From Felis catus (Eukaryota), in NCBI RefSeq assembly GCF_018350175.1, contig NC_058368.1:120716001-120780000 (forward strand): a DNA stretch of 64,000 nt, read 5' to 3'. Numbering within the stretch: position 1 is the first letter of the stretch; each line of letters opens with the position of its first letter. The notes beneath the pieces are model-generated. The model had not been told where the DNA came from, did no database searches, and saw only the letters and a list, made by a program, of their open reading frames with translations. Positions 61,212 through 64,000 of this stretch are shown in pieces. The position numbers and the translations under genes were made by a program.

Positions 61212-64000
61212 CTGTAATGAATTTAGATAATGTTTCGCTCTGTGTGGCACTAATTACTCTGCAAATGTTACAAATGGGCCCTTTTTTAGTCCCCACACTG
61301 TCATTTCTGTCACTGTTCCATAGCTCTGATTGCCTGCCTTCTGAGCCATGGGTCGTGAATTAACAATTTTCCCTGGATATTTGTACTGCCCCTGCTCTGT
61401 CTGCTTCAAGGCCTTTTGATCCTGCTAGTTGAGGAGGGCAACGTGGTTACCATTCGCTCCCTCCCTCCCTCTTTTTTTTTTTTTTTGACAGATTAGTAAA
61501 ACTCAGAAAGATTCAGTGTCTTAGCCAATGACATATAGCTAGACAATGAGAGAGGAGGTTTCCTGGTCCTATCACTCTACCATTCCTATTACCGTATGCT
61601 CATTTCTCCATTTATTTATGTTATTATCGAGGGCCTACAATGTATCAGGCATTGCATTATGGGTGTAAATAAAAAGATGGACCTGCTTTCAAGAAGCTTA
61701 TATTCTAATAGGAGACACAGAAAGTATGTAAGCAAATTAATAATATAAACAATTCAAGTTTGTGATAAGAACGAAGAAGAAAATGAAGTGATAGGAAGTA
61801 ACTGGCAGTGGGAAAAGGTACTGATACAGATGGAATAGTCCAGGAAGGGCTCCAGGAAGAGCATTGTTTAAAATGAGAACTGAAATACAAGGAGGAGCTA
61901 GTCATAGAAAACAAAAAAACAAAAAACAAAAAACAGGGGAAAAGCTTTAGGGGTAGTAGTATCAATGTCTTAGCACACAAAAGAGCTTAGAATGTTCTAA
62001 TAACCTACAGAAGGCCTACGTGGCTGGTGGATAATTCTCAGATACAGTTTGTATACAGGACCAACAACTTGTTAGTAGATGGGACATAGAGAAAGAGAGA
62101 AAGAGAAATCAGAGTGTTGTCCTATAGTAGCATCTTGAGATACTACCAGGCAGTGCCTGGTGCTGCCCCAGACTAAAATGAGAAAGCTAGCAAGACGAAC
62201 AAGTTGAGGTGGCATTTGGGGGTCATGAATCCCATTTTTGGCATGTAATGTTTGAGATTCCTGTGAAACAACAAATTTGGGACATCAAAGAAGTAGTTGG
62301 CTATATAGGTCTGAAACCAGATGGTGAGATTTCTGCCTTCACTCAGTTTTCAGTGCTGGAGGAGATTGAAGAATCTTTTATAATAGTCAAAGTTGATGGT
62401 GTCAGGACCTTAAGTGGTGATACTTCACATGACTTAACCTAGGGAATATGAGTGATGGCAGCCATCGCAGCTTTTCCTCTTTGTCACAGGAAAGATAGTG
62501 GACAAATGGAGATTCTGGTTGTGATTTTCAATCAAGTACTGTTACTACTATCAGTTATAGCAGAATCTCTTATTACTCTTGGAAAGTATAGCAGGGCATG
62601 GACTTTGGAGTCAGGCTGCGTAGATTTGATTTTGAAATCTAGAGCCAGGGATATCCTTTAGCGATACAAATGCAAATCAGATACTGTTATCCCACTGTTT
62701 GAGTCTCTGTGATGGCTTCCTCCATACTACTTAAGAGGAAAATTACAATCCTTTCAATAGCCTACCAAAACTCCATATGATGCAGCCCTTGCTTGTCTCT
62801 TCAGCCTCAATTCGTGGTATTTTCACCCTCATTCTCCAACTTCCAGACATATTACCCCTCCTCCATATTTAAATTCATTTTTTAGTTCTGTCCAACCTTA
62901 AGAAATTAATTTGTTTATTCTGTCATCCCTAACATTCTCCATTTTTTCTTCTTTATCTTTGTGAATTCATTGTCTTATTCAGGTAAGTGTTCAGTTGACA
63001 CTTCTTCAAGAAGTCCTTCCTAGAACCCCCAGAGCAGATGAGTTCCCAGCATAGGCTCTAATAGTTCCTCGAGTATTTCCCTTTGTAGCAATTGTCATCA
63101 CATAATTAAATAATCACAGTCTCTCAGCCTGTAAGCTTCCTCATGGTAAGGACTGAGTTGTCTTAATATGTCCTTTTATCTTTAGTGCCTAGAACAGGGC
63201 CAGCCATGCTTCACTTGCTAGATAGTATTTGTGGAATGAAAACATGAATTTTTGACACTGGTCTGCCCCCCTCTGGATAGAGCAGATTTCTGTTCCAGGA
63301 TAGCTCATTTGCAAATGCCTAAAAATAAAAATGAAATGCAAACAAAATGTTCCTTGTCAGAATGAAGCTGCTGAGAAAGAGCAGTTTAAAAAGCTGATTC
63401 CGAGCAAAAGAACATGGAAAACTAATACTCCTTAAATAGCTTCTTAAATACAGTCATCAATCAAAAGTCATGTCTTTGTGGATCTTCATTACATGTGGAA
63501 CCTATTGAAAAATGCACAGCCCCTTATTGCAGAACACACAGTACGGTGCCTGGCAAAGAATTTACAGAAATTAAGGATTTAAACAGATACAGCTGATCCT
63601 AAAAACTTATGCTCCTATTGTCAATAAGGGGTAATAATTGAAGTTACCCAACTAATTTCTATTTTTTATAACATCTTGGCCACCTAAAAATATTAGCTAA
63701 GGGCCATGATGGAAAAACTGCTAATCCAGCACTTTCTAGCACAACAAGAAGCAACAATCTACCTCCTGGGCAGCCAGTCAGGAACTTGAGTAGAAAAGGC
63801 ATCAGTTACTAAGGCTGCACAATGTCCTGTTGGGAACTCTGCAAGAAACAGAACACTCAGGGCATGACTGCAAAATCCCCATGCTCAGATCAAAAATTAA
63901 ATATTAATTCAGATCAAACACCCCACAGTTTTTAATGCTGAATTGAGTTTATAGTTTGTCTTGTTGGGTTGTTTAATCAGACTGCATTCTGTCAAACCAG

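Noticed and set aside
1..64000. Prokaryotic systems (CRISPR arrays, operons, defence islands)
   Set aside because: The sequence is mammalian, and there is no regularly spaced repeat-spacer array.

Overview
Mammalian genomic DNA from a felid, judged from feline-type CAN-SINEs and carnivore L1s. More than half of the window is interspersed repeat: a near full-length L1 (minus strand, about 45.7-52.9 kb), an old decayed L1 (about 14.5-21.8 kb), several truncated L1s, about 18 CAN-SINEs, two ERV LTRs, Tigger/MER DNA transposons and many L2/MIR remnants. All long ORFs in the track are L1 ORF1/ORF2 pieces. Between the repeats is a chain of 9-10 minus-strand exons (about 61.2 kb down to 21.8 kb) with GT-AG boundaries, mostly compatible phases, and a terminal exon with a stop codon and ATTAAA. 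The chain carries many nonsense codons and frameshifts, so it looks like an intron-containing (unitary or unprocessed) pseudogene. I do not recognise the protein. By manual alignment it appears to consist of at least two, probably three, tandem divergent copies of a roughly 290-aa domain, and the last copy is almost undamaged. The gene probably continues beyond the window end. I found no intact host gene, RNA gene or CRISPR array.
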